From positions 136,466-200,465 of the forward strand of contig JADJRH010000002.1 in the NCBI GenBank assembly GCA_016712345.1: DNA of 64,000 bases. The letters are read 5' to 3'. Below, piece by piece: positions 11,046 through 20,866 of the stretch. Source of the DNA: Polyangiaceae bacterium (GTDB lineage Bacteria; Myxococcota_A; Polyangia; Polyangiales; Polyangiaceae). Under the pieces are notes generated by a model. That model saw only the letters and a program-made list of their open reading frames with translations. It did no database searches and had not been told where the DNA came from. Position 1 is the stretch's first letter; each line of letters opens with the position of its first letter. A program made the translations under genes and the position numbers.

Positions 11046-11567
11046 ATGATGTTCCGCTCGATCGTTCGCCCCCTGTTCGTTGCTCTCTCGCTCGCGTTCG
11101 CTTCTTCCGTTGCTGCGCCCGCGATGGCCGACGACGCCGGAGACAAAACGGCTGAGCACGGCAAGGGGAAGGGACACGGCAAGGGCAAAGGCGAAAAAGG
11201 CAAAAGTGATGATGCGAAGGGTGAAAAAGGAAAAGGAAAAGGAAAGGGACACCGCCGCATCGAGCTGCCGATCAGCGCCGACAAGTTCACCAAGGCGGTT
11301 GATAACCGACTCGATCGCGCCAAGACAAAGCTGACGAATGCGCTTGCGAAGAGCAGCCTTTCTGAAGCCGAACGCAAGCAGATCTTGAAGGACTTTGACA
11401 CCGGTGCCGACGCGGTGCGCGCTGCGACCAAGGCGGCTGTGAAGGACGGCAACGTTTCAAAAGACGAGGTTAAGGCGGTTCGCACAGCGGTCCGCAACTT
11501 GAAGACCTCGCTTGAAAGCAAAATGCCCAAGAAGGCTGAAAAGGCTGAAAAGGGCAAAGACGTCTGA
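11046..11567 (+). CDS. Secreted Lys/Gly-rich low-complexity protein (173 aa) with a signal peptide
   Basis: ATG at 11046 is preceded by AAGGAGA. The sequence MMFRSIVRPLFVALSLAFASSVAAPAMA is a Sec signal. GKGKGHGKGKGEKGK repeats are followed by a coiled-coil-like region. Confidence 0.6.
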   Translation: MMFRSIVRPLFVALSLAFASSVAAPAMADDAGDKTAEHGKGKGHGKGKGEKGKSDDAKGEKGKGKGKGHRRIELPISADKFTKAVDNRLDRAKTKLTNALAKSSLSEAERKQILKDFDTGADAVRAATKAAVKDGNVSKDEVKAVRTAVRNLKTSLESKMPKKAEKAEKGKDV

Positions 11568-11715
11568 GTACACACCAATCCAAACGGCGCGTCCTCCACC
11601 CATGCAAACGCGGCTCGTGCAATGCGGGCCGCATCCTTCAGCCGAAACCCTTATGTGTACACATCCGCGTCTCTATACCGAGTGTACACCATGAACTTGT
11701 CCCCCTTCGCTCCGT

Positions 11716-12468
11716 TCAGCTCCTCTCCAAATGTTCGCGACGCCTTTCATTGGCTCTTCGCAACACTGTGCGCGCCAAAAGAAACATTACCGTTCCCACA
11801 TGCCATGGGCGCACGCCGCTCGCTTCACCGCGGTAAACGGGGCGCACGGGCACCTCTCCAATAGACAATCCGCGCCTTGCGATCTCACCCAACAAATCGT
11901 TGGGATAACCGTACCGAGGCCACAGCCGGTCGAGATCCAAAGCGTCGATGGCCCGCGCCGAGATCGCTGTGTACCCACACTGACTGTCGCTGAGCTGCGG
12001 CTTCCCAATCGCGAGCCCGGTGAGTCTTCCGAGCACGTGCCCGGCGGCAAGCCGAGCAAGCGGCATTGAACGGTACACATCGGGATGTGTGAGCCGATTG
12101 CCTTTCACGTAGTCGTGGGTTTGCTGAACGATAGGTTCAACAACGCGATACAGATCGGCCGGGTGCATTTGTCCGTCGCCGGCCATCACCGCAACGGCCT
12201 CGGCTCCACGAGCGCGCGCCGTTCGATACCCGGTGGCGATCGCCGCGCCCACGCCGCGATTTGTCTCGTGTCGAACAATTTCCAGTCGACCGTCGGGCAG
12301 CGAATGCGCAACGCGCGACGTGGCGTCGGTCGACGCGTCGTCCACCAAAATGATGTGGTCCACAAACTCTGGAATCGTGGACACGGTTTCGGCGATCCAC
12401 GCTTCTTCGTTATACGAAGGGATCACCACCGCCACTTTGGACCCGTTCAGCACGGCCTTTCCTACCAC
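11716..12468 (-). CDS. Family 2 glycosyltransferase (polyprenyl-phosphate/dolichyl-phosphate hexosyltransferase-like)
   Basis: VAVVIPSYNEE...LVDDASTDAT GT-A signature and the DXD region. Confidence 0.85.
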   Translation of the reverse strand: MVGKAVLNGSKVAVVIPSYNEEAWIAETVSTIPEFVDHIILVDDASTDATSRVAHSLPDGRLEIVRHETNRGVGAAIATGYRTARARGAEAVAVMAGDGQMHPADLYRVVEPIVQQTHDYVKGNRLTHPDVYRSMPLARLAAGHVLGRLTGLAIGKPQLSDSQCGYTAISARAIDALDLDRLWPRYGYPNDLLGEIARRGLSIGEVPVRPVYRGEASGVRPWHVGTVMFLLARTVLRRANERRREHLERS

Positions 12469-12603
12469 GAGTCAAACGCCGCCGGCACGAGGGCCTTGGT
12501 GCTTCGAAATGTGTACACATGTTGAAGCGCATTGTGTACTCTCAAAAATAGCTCTTTGCCCGCCATTTTTAAGTGCGGTACGAGCGCGTCGGAACCCCGC
12601 CGC

Positions 12604-13221
12604 ATGAGTGAGCCGCAAACAAAGCCGCCGCCTGTCAAACGCCGCACGTTGGTGATTGGCGGCGCTGTGCTCGGCGCGGTCGCCGCCGTTGGCCTCGTGT
12701 GGCGCAACGTGGTGGCGTTTCCACCCGACACAACTCCCGAGGGCGCCTACCTGCGAATTACCGCCATGTTGGGTGACGGCGACGCGCGCGGATGTTTTGC
12801 GTACCTCGAAGACGCGGCCCAACACGCTGCGTACACAATTCGCGATTATCGAAAAAAAGCCGCCGATCGAGTCCAATCAACGTACCCCGAGCCCGAGCGC
12901 ACACGTCTCTTGGATCAGTACCGCGCGTTTGCCGAAGCACCCGACGGTGCCGATGTTTGGGTGCTGATTGCCGAGCAAAAAGGGTATGTCGGCCGGCTGA
13001 GACGCGACCTCTCCGGCATCGCCAAAGTTGAAGTCAACGCCGATCGCGCCAGCATTGAAACAACTCTCGGCACGCGCTACGCGTTTCGGCGGCGGCAAAA
13101 CGGAATTTGGGGCTTGTCGATGTTTACGGCCGACCTGGTTGCCGAAGCCGAGCGAGCGGCGCGCGACTACGAGGTAGTAGACAAAGCGGCTTCAGACTAC
13201 GAACGCGTCCGCACACGATAA
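12604..13221 (+). CDS. Hypothetical membrane-anchored protein
   Basis: Single N-terminal TM (RRTLVIGGAVLGAVAAVGLVW) followed by a soluble domain with no recognisable motifs. The start is chosen at MSEPQ. Confidence 0.5.
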   Translation: MSEPQTKPPPVKRRTLVIGGAVLGAVAAVGLVWRNVVAFPPDTTPEGAYLRITAMLGDGDARGCFAYLEDAAQHAAYTIRDYRKKAADRVQSTYPEPERTRLLDQYRAFAEAPDGADVWVLIAEQKGYVGRLRRDLSGIAKVEVNADRASIETTLGTRYAFRRRQNGIWGLSMFTADLVAEAERAARDYEVVDKAASDYERVRTR

Positions 13222-13278
13222 AACCGATCCAATCAACCGATGTGATGTGATATTCACGTCTCGGAGGAGGACGTTTTT

Positions 13279-13677
13279 GTGGCCGAGCCAATGACCCCTC
13301 AAGAGCGCGCGCGCCAAGCTGCGATCACCGCCGCACTTGCCGAGCTTCAAGCTGAATACGCAGAGAGTCTTCCAAACCTGGTCTCCGATCTCAACGCCGC
13401 CGGTGCAGCGGCGTGCGCCGCGGGTGATTCCACCGCGCTCAGGCACCTTCAAACCCTTGCTCACAGAATGCACGGTGCCGGCGGTTCGTACGGTTTCCGA
13501 GGCGTGAGTTTGGCCGCCGCCGAACTTGAAGTGTTGCTGGCCAATCAAGAGCAGGCCAAACGCCCGTTCGATGCGGTGTTTGCCGCAAAAATCCGCGCCG
13601 CGCTTGAAGAGGTTGAAGCGGTGACATCGCACGAGCTGGCGGGTTTTGCCGCGGCCCGCGCCGGCAGCGCGATCTAA
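13279..13677 (+). CDS. Histidine phosphotransfer (HPt) domain protein
   Basis: HRMHGAGGSYGF matches the HPt phospho-His motif HxxKGxxxxxG. Size is about 130 aa. Confidence 0.7.
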   Translation: MAEPMTPQERARQAAITAALAELQAEYAESLPNLVSDLNAAGAAACAAGDSTALRHLQTLAHRMHGAGGSYGFRGVSLAAAELEVLLANQEQAKRPFDAVFAAKIRAALEEVEAVTSHELAGFAAARAGSAI

Positions 13678-13733
13678 CGTTTTGCCAATTGATTGCGAAA
13701 ACGGCCGATGCGCCGTACACCGTGGGGCGTCGC

Positions 13734-14741
13734 ATGAAGTATGTCGCGGCAGTTTCCTCGATCGTTGCGTTCGCGGCGTCTCTCAGCGCGTGTGATGCGG
13801 GCACTCCCGCGGGCGCAACCCCGGCGGCATCCGCGAGCGCTTCAGCGCCTTTAAGCGCGTCTTCAGCAAGTGAAGCACCTGCCGCCGTGGATGCGGGGCC
13901 CGATGTTGACGCCGGTGATGCGGGCATTGACTCCGATGCGGGAGACGCGGGAGACGCCGGCGCCGACGCATCGGTTGAACCGACGTGTCCCGATGACATG
14001 GTTCGCCCCGGTCGTTTCTACTGTCTTGACCGATTTGAAGGGCATCTGGTGACGCTCGGCCCCGACGGCACAGTGACTCCCCACCCGTATTACGAAGTTC
14101 CAGAGACGGGAGTTACCTATTGGGCCCGCAACGCAAAAGACGTTTTCCCCCAGGCGTACATCAGCCGAACAACGGCACAGGCGGCATGTAAAGCGTCTGG
14201 TAAACGCCTGTGTAAACGCGAAGAGTGGATGCGCGGTTGCAAAGGCAACAAGGGGTGGACCTTCCCTTACGGCAATCGCAAAAAAGCCAACAAGTGCAAT
14301 TCTGGCAAACCCCATTTGCTCCAAGAAATGTTTGGGCGTGACCCGCGCAAATGGGGATATGACGAAGCGTTTAACAGTCCCAAACTAGCCAAAGAGCCAG
14401 GATATCTCGCTGAATCTGGCTTTTTCCCAGAGTGCCAAAGTACCGAAGGTGCTTTTGACATGGTGGGCAATCTCCATGAATGGGTAAGTGACCCCGTTGG
14501 AGAAGACATCCAAGAGATATTGGCCAAAGACAAGGTGGAGCGAAACACTCAACCTTGGCGTGAAGGCAATGGAATCTTTATGGGAGGCTTTTTCAGCACC
14601 ACGGACCAACACGGTCCCGGGTGCCTGTTTACGACCATTGCGCACGAACCCAAATACCACGACTACTCTACCGGGTTTCGATGCTGCAAAGACCTTCCTC
14701 GGCCGCCCAAAGAGAAAAAAGACAAAAAGAAAAAGCCCTGA
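13734..14741 (+). CDS. Lipoprotein with an FGE-sulfatase (formylglycine-generating enzyme / SUMF1-like) domain
   Basis: Signal/lipobox (AFAASLSAC), a D/A/G-rich linker, then FDMVGNLHEWVSD and a C-terminal GFRCC, both characteristic of the FGE-sulfatase fold. Confidence 0.75.
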   Translation: MKYVAAVSSIVAFAASLSACDAGTPAGATPAASASASAPLSASSASEAPAAVDAGPDVDAGDAGIDSDAGDAGDAGADASVEPTCPDDMVRPGRFYCLDRFEGHLVTLGPDGTVTPHPYYEVPETGVTYWARNAKDVFPQAYISRTTAQAACKASGKRLCKREEWMRGCKGNKGWTFPYGNRKKANKCNSGKPHLLQEMFGRDPRKWGYDEAFNSPKLAKEPGYLAESGFFPECQSTEGAFDMVGNLHEWVSDPVGEDIQEILAKDKVERNTQPWREGNGIFMGGFFSTTDQHGPGCLFTTIAHEPKYHDYSTGFRCCKDLPRPPKEKKDKKKKP

Positions 14742-14825
14742 ACTGAACCTCCCCAGGAGTTAACTTCAGCCGCCTCGCAACGACCTGAAATGTCTCGATG
14801 CCTGACACGTCGTAATCAACATGGA

Positions 14826-14900
14826 GGCACGGAGATCACGGAGATCCACGGAGTTTTTTTGTATTTCAGGCTGAGCTGCAAAGCGTTTGCAGTTTTTGGG
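14826..14900 (+). mobile_element. Partial copy (A) of a MITE-like element: three tandem CACGGAG heptamers plus a T7 run, followed by a short hairpin
   Basis: The string cacggagatcacggagatccacggagttttttt is the reverse complement of the right end of the element at 22612-22784. No opposing terminal repeat is seen here. Confidence 0.55.
14874..14898 (+). terminator. Rho-independent terminator-like hairpin (CTGCAAA-gcg-TTTGCAG plus TTTTT) downstream of the FGE-domain gene
   Basis: Perfect 7-bp stem followed by a T5 run, read from the sequence. Confidence 0.55.
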
Positions 14901-14922
14901 CCGCGCACGGTACACTTCTCCC

Positions 14923-16242
14923 ATGCCGCGCCGTGCAGCCACGTTGAGTGAGTCACTCGACTACCTTGAACTTGTTCCACTGGAGTTTGGCGCCGCTCCG
15001 TCATCCGTGGCCACCGACTCGGCCTTGTACGTTGAACTTCCGGTAGAGGAGCCTGCCCAGGGTGAACTTCCGCCCCCTCCACTTGTAGAAACGCTTGTTG
15101 ACCGATTATTGAGTACACAACAGCGTGCGGTATTGTTTTTGTCAGGTCACGTGGGCAGCGGCAAGAGCACACAAGTGAATAAACTCGCCGCCGATCCCAG
15201 AATTACAAGCGCCTTTTCAGTGATTCCACTGCGTATTGAGGCTGAACACGTTCCCATTCTCGATACACCGCTGCTCTTGGTTTTGTTGTGTTCGGCGGTT
15301 CACCACTTTGGTCATGAACATGGCCTACTGTCTAAAGAGGCCACGTGGCACCGCGTATTTAATGACTTTGTGGCCCGTGTATTAAATGACGGCACCCAAA
15401 ATCTACCCACGGCCGGCACTCAAATTGAGGTGAATGTTTTCTTCGTCAAACTCCGTCAAGAACTCAAGTTTAACGAACACCGGCGCCGTTTGCTGCGTGA
15501 AATAGGGGAAACCCAACAAACCTTACTCACCGACCTGATTGAGCAGCTCACAGACGATGTGCAAAAGGGCCTTACCAAACAGCACAATGGCCGCTCGCTT
15601 CTCCTCTTGGTAGACGATCTCGACAAGGTGCGTACGCGCGACCAACAAAACGAAATATTCGATCGCAACCTGGTATTTCTAACCAACCTCCCATTCCATG
15701 TTTTGTACACCGTTCCCACCGGTGTGGTGTTTGGACCAAGTCGGCTCGACGTGCGCCGTTCGCTCGAACACCTCTATCCAGTTCGCGCGCTCGACAAAGC
15801 CCCCCGCACGTTTGACCCAGAAAAGGCCTTTATCCCGCATGCCGACGCGTTTTTTCGCCGCGCGCTCGATATGAGGGTAGAGCCCGCTTTGTTTGACAAC
15901 GACGCCGTGCGCCTCGCCACCATTTATTCAGGTGGGGTGCTCCGCGATTTTTTTCGCTTGCTGCGAACGGCGGTTCGGTTGGCCCGCCACCACGGCCGAA
16001 CCACGGTGGATGGGGGCGTTCTAAAAAGTATTGTGCGCGACGAGCGCCGACGTGAATCCATGGGGCTCCTCGCGCAAGACTACGAGGCTCTGCGCGCCAT
16101 TCATGAGTCCCATGCACTCACCAGTGAAGAGGGCCGGCGCTACCTGGATGAAGGCCGCGTATTGGAGTGTTACAACGACAAAACCTGGTATGAAGTCACC
16201 CCCATTTTGTGGAAACTGTTGGAGCCTTCCGGCGCCGCATGA
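14923..16242 (+). CDS. P-loop NTPase (AAA/STAND-like) with a C-terminal winged-helix-like region
   Basis: Walker A (LSGHVGSGKSTQVNKLA) and Walker B (LLLVDDLDKV). The real ATG is at 14923, because the ORF-track TTG at 14887 lies inside the terminator hairpin. The stop overlaps the next gene as ATGA. Confidence 0.7.
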   Translation: MPRRAATLSESLDYLELVPLEFGAAPSSVATDSALYVELPVEEPAQGELPPPPLVETLVDRLLSTQQRAVLFLSGHVGSGKSTQVNKLAADPRITSAFSVIPLRIEAEHVPILDTPLLLVLLCSAVHHFGHEHGLLSKEATWHRVFNDFVARVLNDGTQNLPTAGTQIEVNVFFVKLRQELKFNEHRRRLLREIGETQQTLLTDLIEQLTDDVQKGLTKQHNGRSLLLLVDDLDKVRTRDQQNEIFDRNLVFLTNLPFHVLYTVPTGVVFGPSRLDVRRSLEHLYPVRALDKAPRTFDPEKAFIPHADAFFRRALDMRVEPALFDNDAVRLATIYSGGVLRDFFRLLRTAVRLARHHGRTTVDGGVLKSIVRDERRRESMGLLAQDYEALRAIHESHALTSEEGRRYLDEGRVLECYNDKTWYEVTPILWKLLEPSGAA

Positions 16243-18518
16243 CTTTACCCGCTGAGAGTCTACCCATTGCGGGAAATATTCTGGTTCGCGACGAGCTGGA
16301 ATTGGAGGTGATTGTTCAAAGCTTGGCTGAACGCCGGCGGATGGTTGCATTTCTTTTGTGTCCGCCCCCTTTTCTACCCGCCGTTGTGGCTCATCTCCAG
16401 TCCGAATCGGGTGTACACATTCCTCAACCTATCCTCGGGTCAACCCCTGGGGCAGTGGTAACCCCGGTCGAACTGTTGGCGTTTCTGACCGAAGCATCTC
16501 TCGCACCAACCGGTCAGGTCCGCTGCATTCAACTCCAGGTGGCTGCCCCGACAAGTATTAAAGCGCTCAATTTCAACCGTGAAAAATTGCGTCGAGGCGC
16601 GTCGGTTCTGTTGTTTCTACCCGATGAAGAAACCCTTCGATTGGTGCGGCGCCTGGCGCCGGATGCGTTTTCATTCAGGGATGAGCTGCGGGTAGTGGAA
16701 GGCGATTTGAGCCCTCCCGCGCACGAAGGGAACTTGAACGCAGAGGAGATTCAAGAACTCCAAGATGAGTGGGAAATGGCGGACGGCCCTATCGCGCGAG
16801 GAAACGCTGCGATCGCCTTGGCGGATGTGTTGTCTATCCACGGCGACGATGAGGGCGCCGCCGAGATTTTGGAAGATGCGTTGTCAGAAATTCTACCCAT
16901 GGGAAGCAGCGCGCGCGTCACCGCCGTTCGAAGCAAAATCTACCGGCGTCTGGCCGCCATTCATTGTCGGGAAGGTCAATATCTTGGCGCGGCAGAAAAT
17001 CTTGTGGATGCCGCTCGGGTCGACGACGCGAGTGTCACGATCTACCGCCATGTCGATCTGGGAGAGTTGGGTGCCTGGTCTACCACGCCCCTCGGCGCCG
17101 ACCATACCAAGGTGGCCGAAGCCCTTCAGAGCGCGGAGGTTGCTGACACCTCAAATCTGAAACATGCCCTGTTTTTTTCTACCCAAAGCTCCATTCAACG
17201 GGGCGATCTGTCCAAAGCGCAAACTTACCTTCAGCAGCTTTTTCAACTCCCCACTCTGAGCACGGTGGACAGACTTGCTCTGCGTTTGGAGCAAGTTCGG
17301 CTCGCTATGCGGCAGGGGCGTTTTGCCGAAGCTGAGCGCCTTCTCGATAAACACATCGGCGCGCTTGAAATGGAAGGTCTGCCCAATTCAACGTGGTTAT
17401 TGGAATGGGCGCATTGCGCTGCTTTGCGAGGTGAGTTGAGTCAGGCGCAGCGTTTGTACAAGCGTATCTCGGATGCCGTGTCGAATCCGTCGTATTTGTC
17501 GCGCATCGGGGCCGTCGACGGCCACGCCAGACTATATCTCCTCGCGGACGAACCAGCCAAAGCCGTTCTGTTGCTGAGTGACCCACTTCCGCCTGGGATT
17601 CGTCCCATCACCACGGAGGACGGAGCCGCGTACGTGATCGCTCAAAGTTGGGTAGATCTGGTGGCCCAATTTCCACGTTACTCGGCACCAAAGCTTGAAC
17701 GAGCCGTGGAACAAGCGATCGAGCGCCTGGCAATGCTTCACACGCTCGACAAACACTCCGCCGAACGCCGGGAAGCCTATACAGACGCCCCTACCGATCC
17801 ACCCGGAGGTGAATGGGCCCAGACATATTGGTACCACCTCTTGCCGTCGCTCCTTCGTGGAAAACTGGCGCTCGCCACAGGCAATTCCACCGACGCTGCC
17901 ATCCAAAACCTCCAGCAAGCGCTCATCGACGCCGCGCGTGTTTGGCCCGATGTGGTCCCCAAACTTGCCCTCGTGTTAGGTGAACTTTTGCTTAAATCCC
18001 GCAGGGCAGGAGAGCTGACTAAGGCACTCCAACCGGGTAGAGCCTACGCGCACGAGCACTCTTTCGTTGAAGAAGAAGCCGGCCTTCAATCCCTTCAATT
18101 GCGCGCTATCGCCCTTGGGTTTTTTCCAAAAGACACGTGGGGAAAAGAGTACACATCGTTTCGTGAAACGCTCAAGCGGACAAACGGTCAGCGCATTACC
18201 GCTGAAAAACTCCTCGACTTGGCCCTTCACCTCCCCAACAATGTTCCGATGTGTACACCCGAGCCGCTCTTGAAAGAAGCTCTGGAGCTGTTCACTGAAA
18301 TGGGTATGCCCCACGAACGCGCTCGTTGCTTTGAAGGGTTGGGTGATTTTTACGACGCCGCAGCGGCATCATCCCACGCGCTTTCCAACCTATCCGCGGC
18401 CGTGCACCACTACAAAGAAGCGCTTCAAATCCGCAAAACCTACGGTATGTTTCTTCACGTTCGCGAGCTTGAAAAAAAGCTTGAAAAGCTCACGCGAGTC
18501 CCCCGATCCAACCATTGA
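16239..18518 (+). CDS. Large TPR-like repeat protein (759 aa) translationally coupled to the upstream NTPase
   Basis: ATGA start/stop overlap at 16239-16242. The protein is alpha-helical with multiple TPR-like repeats (for example AIALADVLSIHGDDEGAAEILEDAL). There is no catalytic motif. Confidence 0.65.
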   Translation: MTLPAESLPIAGNILVRDELELEVIVQSLAERRRMVAFLLCPPPFLPAVVAHLQSESGVHIPQPILGSTPGAVVTPVELLAFLTEASLAPTGQVRCIQLQVAAPTSIKALNFNREKLRRGASVLLFLPDEETLRLVRRLAPDAFSFRDELRVVEGDLSPPAHEGNLNAEEIQELQDEWEMADGPIARGNAAIALADVLSIHGDDEGAAEILEDALSEILPMGSSARVTAVRSKIYRRLAAIHCREGQYLGAAENLVDAARVDDASVTIYRHVDLGELGAWSTTPLGADHTKVAEALQSAEVADTSNLKHALFFSTQSSIQRGDLSKAQTYLQQLFQLPTLSTVDRLALRLEQVRLAMRQGRFAEAERLLDKHIGALEMEGLPNSTWLLEWAHCAALRGELSQAQRLYKRISDAVSNPSYLSRIGAVDGHARLYLLADEPAKAVLLLSDPLPPGIRPITTEDGAAYVIAQSWVDLVAQFPRYSAPKLERAVEQAIERLAMLHTLDKHSAERREAYTDAPTDPPGGEWAQTYWYHLLPSLLRGKLALATGNSTDAAIQNLQQALIDAARVWPDVVPKLALVLGELLLKSRRAGELTKALQPGRAYAHEHSFVEEEAGLQSLQLRAIALGFFPKDTWGKEYTSFRETLKRTNGQRITAEKLLDLALHLPNNVPMCTPEPLLKEALELFTEMGMPHERARCFEGLGDFYDAAAASSHALSNLSAAVHHYKEALQIRKTYGMFLHVRELEKKLEKLTRVPRSNH

Positions 18519-18533
18519 CCCATGTCAAGCCCG

Positions 18534-18935
18534 TCAAGGCTCTTTGGTGTCTTCCGGCGGCTTTGGCCCAAACAAAGAAGCGATCACCGCGCCCACGGGT
18601 AGACTCATATACCCAGCCACAAGCGCCACACCTGACACCGCTTCACTCTTCATCAAGAGCCACACGCCACCCAGCAAAAAAAACAACTTGAGCACCGCGA
18701 TAATTGCCCACGGCGCCGTGTTGCCCTTTTTGGTAAGAAACGCTTCGACAATGCGCGCCAAGACAATCAGGTTGACGAGCGCAATCACCGCCCCCGCAAA
18801 TACCCCCAACCCAAATCGAATGCCCTCCACCACCGCGGCAATGACCGAAAAGGCAAGACCCGTTGCGGCCACATATTTGAGTGCGGCTTTTAGAGTGGAG
18901 TCATTCGCGGCGGCGTCGTCTTCTTTTTTAGACAT
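18534..18935 (-). CDS. Small 4-TM membrane protein, AtpI-like
   Basis: 133 aa with four hydrophobic helices. It sits directly after the AtpZ-like gene. Confidence 0.4.
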   Translation of the reverse strand: MSKKEDDAAANDSTLKAALKYVAATGLAFSVIAAVVEGIRFGLGVFAGAVIALVNLIVLARIVEAFLTKKGNTAPWAIIAVLKLFFLLGGVWLLMKSEAVSGVALVAGYMSLPVGAVIASLFGPKPPEDTKEP

Positions 18936-18936
18936 G

Positions 18937-19317
18937 TCACTTCTCTTCTTCAGAAGGGGATACTTCGCTCGTTTCGCCTGAACCTACCGACTCTTTTTCC
19001 AACTCGGCTTTTCGCTTTTCGGCTTCTTCTTGGCGTTTCCACTTGAGCGACTTGTCATCTGGAAAAGCCTGTTCAGGATTGCCTTCTTCGGCTTCTTCAC
19101 GTTTGGCGGCGGCGGCCATTTGTTTCCAACTCCGGTAAACCGATCTACCCGCCGCCGCGCACCCAAAACAAAACCATACCACCGTGAGCCACGGCTTCGT
19201 ATGAAACCACTCGTCAAACTTACTACCCAACCAAAGCCCGAGCAGAATGGATAGAACGATCTCTATACCGACCGTTCCGAAACTGCCCACGTGTTTTAGG
19301 TCTTTGGCGCTTTTCAT
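18937..19317 (-). CDS. AtpZ-like (ATPase_gene1 family) small membrane protein with a charged C-terminal tail
   Basis: VGIEIVLSILLGLWLGSKFDEWFHTKPWLTVVWFCFGCAAAGRSVYRS matches the AtpZ two-helix consensus. It overlaps rdgB by 4 nt. Confidence 0.5.
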   Translation of the reverse strand: MKSAKDLKHVGSFGTVGIEIVLSILLGLWLGSKFDEWFHTKPWLTVVWFCFGCAAAGRSVYRSWKQMAAAAKREEAEEGNPEQAFPDDKSLKWKRQEEAEKRKAELEKESVGSGETSEVSPSEEEK

Positions 19318-19991
19318 ACAGGTGTTGGGTCACGCCCGGTGGAAGATGACACAAGATCGGCCGCCGCGCGCGTTCGTTCTTGAGCGAGCGCTTTTATAAA
19401 CGGTACCACCAATGCCGCCGCGCGCGCCCGATGACTGATTTCGTTTTTTCGGTCTTCGGCGATTTCCGCCATGGTTTTGTTTTCACCCGACACGACAAAT
19501 AAAGGGTCATACCCAAAGCCGCCCGACCCCTGCGGTTCACGCGCGATCACCCCTTCACATCGCCCTTCGGCCACAAAAGGCTCGGTGTTGCTCCACGGGT
19601 CGACAAGCACCATCACACACTTAAAACGGGCAGTGCGCTGCTCATCGTCCACATCGGCCAACATGGATAAAAGAAGGGCGTTGTTTTCAGCGTCGGTCGC
19701 ACCCTCTTTTGCAAATCGAGCTGAACGAACACCCGGCCTACCCCCGAGAACATCCACTTCAAGCCCCGAGTCTTCAGCCAGAGTGACCATCCCCGTGGCG
19801 CGTGCCGCCGCATGCGCTTTGAGAAGCGCATTGTCTAGAAACGTGGCTCCATCTTCCACAACCGGGGGCAGCTTTGTGGGCAATGCCGACATGGGCACAA
19901 GGGTTAACCCCACATCCCCAAACAGGGCTGTCAGCTCGGCCACCTTACCTCGGTTGGTTGTGGCGAGTAACAAACCGAAAGGCGCTGTCAT
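19314..19991 (-). CDS. rdgB: Non-canonical purine NTP pyrophosphatase (dITP/XTP pyrophosphatase, Ham1/RdgB family)
   Basis: LLATTNRGKVAEL and FGYDPLF motifs. It overlaps rph by 4 nt in the classic rph-rdgB arrangement. Confidence 0.9.
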   Translation of the reverse strand: MTAPFGLLLATTNRGKVAELTALFGDVGLTLVPMSALPTKLPPVVEDGATFLDNALLKAHAAARATGMVTLAEDSGLEVDVLGGRPGVRSARFAKEGATDAENNALLLSMLADVDDEQRTARFKCVMVLVDPWSNTEPFVAEGRCEGVIAREPQGSGGFGYDPLFVVSGENKTMAEIAEDRKNEISHRARAAALVVPFIKALAQERTRAAADLVSSSTGRDPTPV

Positions 19992-20752
19992 ACAGACTCC
20001 TGCTGCGCTTTCAGCTGATTCAGATCTACCCCCTCACCCGCGAGAAGCGACCGTTGCATTCGTGTCAGAGTGGCAATTCCACTCAATGCCAGGTTCACCA
20101 TCCCATCCAGCTCCGCGCGCGACATCGGCGCTCCTTCAGCCGTGCCCTGCACTTCAATCACCTGGTCACCTTCCATGGCCACCACATTCATGTCCACGTC
20201 GGCGTCGCGATCTTCTACGTAAACCAAGTCGAGCAAGAGATCGTTTTTGATCTTACCCACCGAAATAGCCGCCACCGGTGAGTGCAAAAAAGGCCTTGCA
20301 TCGCCGCGTCTCACGAGCCTGTGAGCCGCCAGCGCCAGCGCCAAAAATCCACCCGTCACCGACGCTGTTCGCGTTCCACCGTCGGCTTCAAGAACATCGC
20401 AGTCAATTGTGATGGTGCGTTCGCCCAGCGCTTTTAAGTCTACAGCCGCGCGCAACGCCCTTCCTATGAGCCGTTGAATTTCTTGTGTACGCCCACTCAG
20501 CGCTTTGCTTCTTCCGTCGCGCGCCTCGCGCTTTTCAGGGCTTGATCGCGGGTGCATTTGATACTCCGCGGTGAGCCACCCGCTCCCTTTACCGATCATC
20601 CACGCTGGAACCCCCATGTCTACCGACGCCGTGCACAGGACGACCGTGTTTCCAGCCCGGTACAGCACCGAACCTTCAGCGTTGCGATGAAACCCCGGAA
20701 CCGCTTCAATTGCGCGCGGGTCGGTTTGTGCTCTGCCGTCTTTGCGTGCCAT
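19988..20752 (-). CDS. rph: Ribonuclease PH
   Basis: Full-length RNase PH-like sequence (254 aa) with the phosphorolytic exoribonuclease fold signature, including GNTVVLCTASV near the N-terminus, and conserved synteny with rdgB. Confidence 0.9.
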   Translation of the reverse strand: MARKDGRAQTDPRAIEAVPGFHRNAEGSVLYRAGNTVVLCTASVDMGVPAWMIGKGSGWLTAEYQMHPRSSPEKREARDGRSKALSGRTQEIQRLIGRALRAAVDLKALGERTITIDCDVLEADGGTRTASVTGGFLALALAAHRLVRRGDARPFLHSPVAAISVGKIKNDLLLDLVYVEDRDADVDMNVVAMEGDQVIEVQGTAEGAPMSRAELDGMVNLALSGIATLTRMQRSLLAGEGVDLNQLKAQQESV

Positions 20753-20866
20753 GGGCGCCGCTTAGCCGTTTCGCGCCCGTGCCGTAACAAAAATTGCAAC
20801 GGCGCTCACAACGCGACTTGACCTTGGCGAAACTCCCCGCTCTTATTGCCAGGCAAGGAGGCGATC

